A stretch of DNA of 64,000 nucleotides from Phaeocystidibacter sp. (GTDB taxonomy: Bacteria; Bacteroidota; Bacteroidia; Flavobacteriales; Schleiferiaceae): positions 1,474 to 65,473 of the forward strand of contig CBFHVA010000015.1 of NCBI GenBank assembly GCA_965659415.1, given 5' to 3'. Under the pieces are notes generated by a model that saw only the letters and a list, made by a program, of their open reading frames with translations, had not been told where the DNA came from and searched no databases. Position 1 is the first letter of the stretch. Each line of letters opens with the position of its first letter. Position numbers and translations under genes: made by a program. Positions 61,136-64,000 of this stretch are shown here, piece by piece.

Positions 61136-61838
61136 TCGCGTTCAGTCCGTGTAGCGTATAATTTGGACGTGCAAAGATGTCTTTTTTTGCTTGAAGGTCA
61201 AAGGCCTGAGCGTCTCCTCCTGAAACAATTATTTGCAGGGGGCTATAACGCGCCTCATACTGCTGTACTGTTTGGAGCAACTCATTCCGCATTCCGTGGT
61301 AGGCACCGCTCTGCAATGCGCTCTCTGTGGACGTTCCCAAAAGGTCTACATTCTCCGGCTTCACCTCTGGGAGTCGTGCGGTTTGTTCGTGCATAGCCTT
61401 GGCTCTCATTTGCAAACCTGGAGAAATACTTCCTCCGCGGTGCACACCTGAGGCATCGAGCAGATCATATGTAATGCATGTTCCCATATCGATAGCCAGC
61501 ACATTCATTCCTTTAAACTCGTGGTAGGCCGCTTCCATCAGGAGGATACGATCTAGACCGAGGGTATCTCTAGTAGTATAGACGGTAGAATGCAGGACGA
61601 GGGTTTGGTGTGTGAAATGCAATGCCTTTTTTTCCGTAAGTAGATCTATGAGCGACCTAGGCATTTCGCCTGACTGCGTATAAATCACATGCTTGGGATC
61701 CACCACATCCAGCCAATCCGCCACTTTTTTAGCTGCCAGAGGGTCTGTCACCTCAAAGTGATCCACCCTCAAAAGTGACTGGTTTTCAAAAAGTCCCAGT
61801 TTCACTCTTGTATTTCCCCAATCCAAAGTGGCATTCAT
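61113..61838 (-). CDS. coaX: type III pantothenate kinase
   Basis: LDWGNTRVKLG (ASKHA phosphate-1), AIDMGTCITYD and IVSGGDA motifs. Confidence 0.9.
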   Translation of the reverse strand: MNATLDWGNTRVKLGLFENQSLLRVDHFEVTDPLAAKKVADWLDVVDPKHVIYTQSGEMPRSLIDLLTEKKALHFTHQTLVLHSTVYTTRDTLGLDRILLMEAAYHEFKGMNVLAIDMGTCITYDLLDASGVHRGGSISPGLQMRAKAMHEQTARLPEVKPENVDLLGTSTESALQSGAYHGMRNELLQTVQQYEARYSPLQIIVSGGDAQAFDLQAKKDIFARPNYTLHGLNAIVQHDAQ

Positions 61839-61886
61839 GGCTGTAAAAGTACACTTCCATTTCGTATTGAATATGAAATTATTGTT

Positions 61887-61894
61887 TACATTTG
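61887..61894 (+). promoter_or_regulatory. possible -7 box for tRNA-Phe
   Basis: TACATTTG matches TAnnTTTG exactly, 36 nt upstream of the tRNA 5' end. The -33 element is poorly placed (TTG at 17 nt). Confidence 0.35.
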
Positions 61895-61929
61895 CCGCCG
61901 CAACGGAGGAAACGAAGTTGTGTTTTACT

Positions 61930-62002
61930 GGTGCTGTAGCTCAGTTGGTAGAGCAAAGGATTGAAAATCCTTGTGTCGGCGGTTCGATTCCGTCCAGCAC
62001 CA
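61930..62002 (+). tRNA. tRNA-Phe (GAA)
   Basis: Hand-folded cloverleaf: acceptor GGTGCTG/CAGCACC, D-stem GCTC/GAGC, anticodon stem AAGGA/TCCTT with loop TTGAAAA, and T-arm GGCGG-TTCGATT-CCGTC. Discriminator is A. CCA is not encoded. Confidence 0.95.
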
Positions 62003-62019
62003 CAGCGAAAAGATTAGGG

Positions 62020-62047
62020 CCTCGCAGCGTTGCTGCGAGGTCTTTTT
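62020..62047 (+). terminator. rho-independent terminator after tRNA-Phe
   Basis: CCTCGCAGC-GTT-GCTGCGAGG (9-bp perfect stem) followed by TCTTTTT. Confidence 0.8.
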
Positions 62048-62369
62048 GTTTCTGGACTTATTTGAGCTTGCTCACCACTTCCTGACGTAATTCTTCATCA
62101 ACATGAAGCTCAACTTTTTTTCAAAAGTCCTCGCTCAATGCGCTTTTGTTTCAGCAAAGAGCTTTAATCGACAGCACCTAGAGTCTAAACTTCTCGACCG
62201 AGAGCCTTCAGGCTAAATCGCTTGACTCCCCTAAAAACTCCAACCACTCGTTTTGTAACGCAGGTCATAATACACGGGGTGTTCACCTTCGAGCGCGAAG
62301 AAGTCGAGGTTTAACTCGTAAAGGTGGTAAATATTTGGGGCGCAGAGCATGAGTGTGGGTTAAGAAGTT

Positions 62370-62790
62370 GTGCTTCCCCACTTCGGGCTAACTCAAAGCC
62401 TTTCGCTACTGGCTGTTCGCTTGTCGCTTTTAGCTTTTCGCCCAGTCGTGCTTAGCTTCTGCGGAATTGTATTCGCCCACACGCACACACACCCACTAAC
62501 GGCACGGGCTAAAGCCGCATGTCTTTCAGGTGATCCTCTAATTCCGGGCTAACCCAACGGATTAACGGTTTCAAAGGACTCAGGATTTTAAAGGGCTCAG
62601 GGAAACGGAGCGGGTTGGTGAGGTGCTTAGGTTAATAAGGTGCTCAGGTTATGTTCGACAAACTCAGTAAACAGGTAAGATGTAACGGGAAAAAGAATTC
62701 AGGCTTCACGTTCGTGAATGGTAGTTTCAATAGGTTTGGTACTCCCCACCTTCCGGGCTTTCCCAACGGATTAACGGAGAAACGCATTAA
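62370..62790. repeat. structured intergenic repeat region (locus F of the dispersed family)
   Basis: TTCCGGGCT + CCCAACGGATTAACGG is repeated directly (62542-62568 and 62751-62777), with a third degenerate copy at ~62378-62392. There are four GG(N)(N)CT(C/T)AGG words at 62576-62650. A 24-nt exact inverted match links it to locus B. Confidence 0.8.
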
Positions 62791-62794
62791 CACG

Positions 62795-63808
62795 TCAGCG
62801 TAACCTTCTCGCCAACCCCACCAACAAAATAAGCGCTGGGACTTCCACAAGTGGACCGATAACGCCGGTAAAGGCTTGGCCGGAGTTGAGTCCGAAGACG
62901 GCCACAGCTACGGCAATGGCAAGTTCAAAGTTGTTACCGGCTGCTGTGAAGGCGACCGCCGCTTTTTGGTTGTAGGGAGCGCCTACGGCTTGGGTCATGA
63001 AGAAACCAATGACGAACATGACGGCGAAGTAAATTAGTAGCGGAATGGCTATGCGAACCACATCCATGGGCAAGGCCACTATGTTTTCGCCCTTTAAGCT
63101 GAACATGACTACAATGGTAAATAGCAAGGCGATTAAAGTGAGGGGCGAAATGGCGGGAATAACCTTGGTTTCGAACCATTGGAGTCCGCGTGAACGGATG
63201 CTGAACTGGCGGACCAGAATGCCCAAGAGGAATGGAATGCCCAAATAAATGGCCACGCTTTCGGCGATGGTAGCAATGGAAATATCAATGGCAACCCCTT
63301 CCAAACCGAGCCACTCGGGAAGCTGTGTCATGAAGAGCCAGGCATAGAAGGAATAGGCAAATACCTGAAAGATGCTGTTGAGTGCTACCAGTCCTGCTCC
63401 GTACTCGGCACTCCCGTCAGCCAAATCATTCCACACCAACACCATGGCAATGCACCGAGCCAAACCAATCAAAATCAATCCGGCCATGTACTCGGGATAG
63501 TCGCGCAAGAAGATGACCGCCAAGGCGAACATCAGCACGGGTCCCACAATCCAGTTCAATATGAGCGATACACTCAGCACCTTCACATTGCGAAACACCT
63601 TCGGGAGCAGTTGGTAATTGACCTTGGCCAGTGGCGGGAACATCATTACAATGAGTCCAATGGCAATGGGAATATTGGTGGTTCCCACAGATAAGGATTC
63701 AACCATCTCAGAAACCTGAGGAAAGGCGTATCCAATGCCCACTCCTATGAGCATAGCTATGAAAATCCACAGGGTGAGGTATCGATCTAAAAAACTGAGC
63801 TTTTTCAC
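62795..63808 (-). CDS. acr3: ACR3-family arsenite efflux transporter
   Basis: 337 aa. [13 protein letters not shown] start, then [19 protein letters not shown] and [10 protein letters not shown] motifs. Confidence 0.92.
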   Translation of the reverse strand: MKKLSFLDRYLTLWIFIAMLIGVGIGYAFPQVSEMVESLSVGTTNIPIAIGLIVMMFPPLAKVNYQLLPKVFRNVKVLSVSLILNWIVGPVLMFALAVIFLRDYPEYMAGLILIGLARCIAMVLVWNDLADGSAEYGAGLVALNSIFQVFAYSFYAWLFMTQLPEWLGLEGVAIDISIATIAESVAIYLGIPFLLGILVRQFSIRSRGLQWFETKVIPAISPLTLIALLFTIVVMFSLKGENIVALPMDVVRIAIPLLIYFAVMFVIGFFMTQAVGAPYNQKAAVAFTAAGNNFELAIAVAVAVFGLNSGQAFTGVIGPLVEVPALILLVGLARRLR

Positions 63809-64000
63809 TTGGTGATGTTTATGCGGCTGAATACAGCGTGTAAATCGTTGCGGATTTGAGCGCAGGTGGCATCGTAGGCCGAGGTTTCTTCTGGCGTATC
63901 ATCTTTCGCCTTTGGATCTTCATACGGCATAGGAATGCGATGAACGGCGCCAGGAATCATGGGGCAATTGGCCTCGGCATGGGCGCAGGTCATTACCGCA
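63805..64000 (-). CDS. arsC: arsenate reductase, LMW-PTP/thioredoxin-coupled type, C-terminal part (5' end beyond window)
   Basis: ...[27 protein letters not shown]... carries the paired Cys region (TC....NCP) of ArsC-Trx enzymes. Stop overlaps the acr3 start by 4 nt. Confidence 0.75.
   Translation of the reverse strand, partial: AVMTCAHAEANCPMIPGAVHRIPMPYEDPKAKDDTPEETSAYDATCAQIRNDLHAVFSRINITK

Noticed and set aside
62231-62850. Small ORFs 62231-62350 (39 aa, hand-found), 62370-62552 and 62644-62850
   Set aside because: The latter two run through repeat modules or overlap the acr3 3' end. The 39-aa ORF has no recognisable family and no coupled neighbours. It is mentioned only as a possible gene remnant.

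Overview
This 64-kb window is mostly core housekeeping genes and looks like a Bacteroidota (Flavobacteriales-like) chromosome. The taxonomic call rests on T9SS sorting domains, a PorP/SprF gene, TAnnTTTG -7 promoter boxes, the DUF4290-murA pair and a Cys-poor L36.

Gene content, mostly on the minus strand:
- gpmI (3' fragment), a HAD-like gene, map and a SAM-methyltransferase
- a Nif3 / COG1579 pair, then rpsA
- gltA-eno-carA
- the complete ribosomal-protein superoperon, rpsL-rpsG-fusA-rpsJ through rpmJ-rpsM-rpsK-rpsD-rpoA-rplQ. It includes secY, infA and an rpmJ that is missing from the ORF track.
- a UvrD/PcrA-type helicase, DUF4290-murA, a TlpA-like thioredoxin and grpE-dnaJ
- purH-mreBCD-mrdA-rodA
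- coaX, an outer-membrane protein, a TPR protein, lptC, a CNNM-family gene and a ppiD-like gene
- tRNA-Phe
- an acr3-arsC arsenic-resistance pair at the right edge

I found no phage genes, IS elements, CRISPR-cas, toxin-antitoxin pairs or recognisable defence genes.

Four things are not routine:
1. A T9SS cargo cluster (37.5-43.2 kb). Two paralogous type-B-CTD proteins flank a PorP/SprF gene that carries an unusual C-terminal coiled-coil, Gly/Gln linker and SPOR-like module. A homologous cargo elsewhere uses a type-A CTD instead.
2. A dispersed family of structured, module-built intergenic repeats, filling at least five intergenic gaps (about 7.8-8.0, 44.2-44.6, 52.9-53.7, 56.0-56.3 and 62.4-62.8 kb). 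One copy is bracketed by a perfect 17-nt direct repeat that duplicates the last codons of an ABC-permease gene. Another is a tandem array of short GC hairpins.
3. A frameshifted four-helix-bundle (23S-IVS/Avd family) gene embedded in one of those repeat regions.
4. Ala/Glu/Lys-rich tails on ribosomal proteins S1 and L17.

All family calls come from reading the translations by eye. No database search was run.
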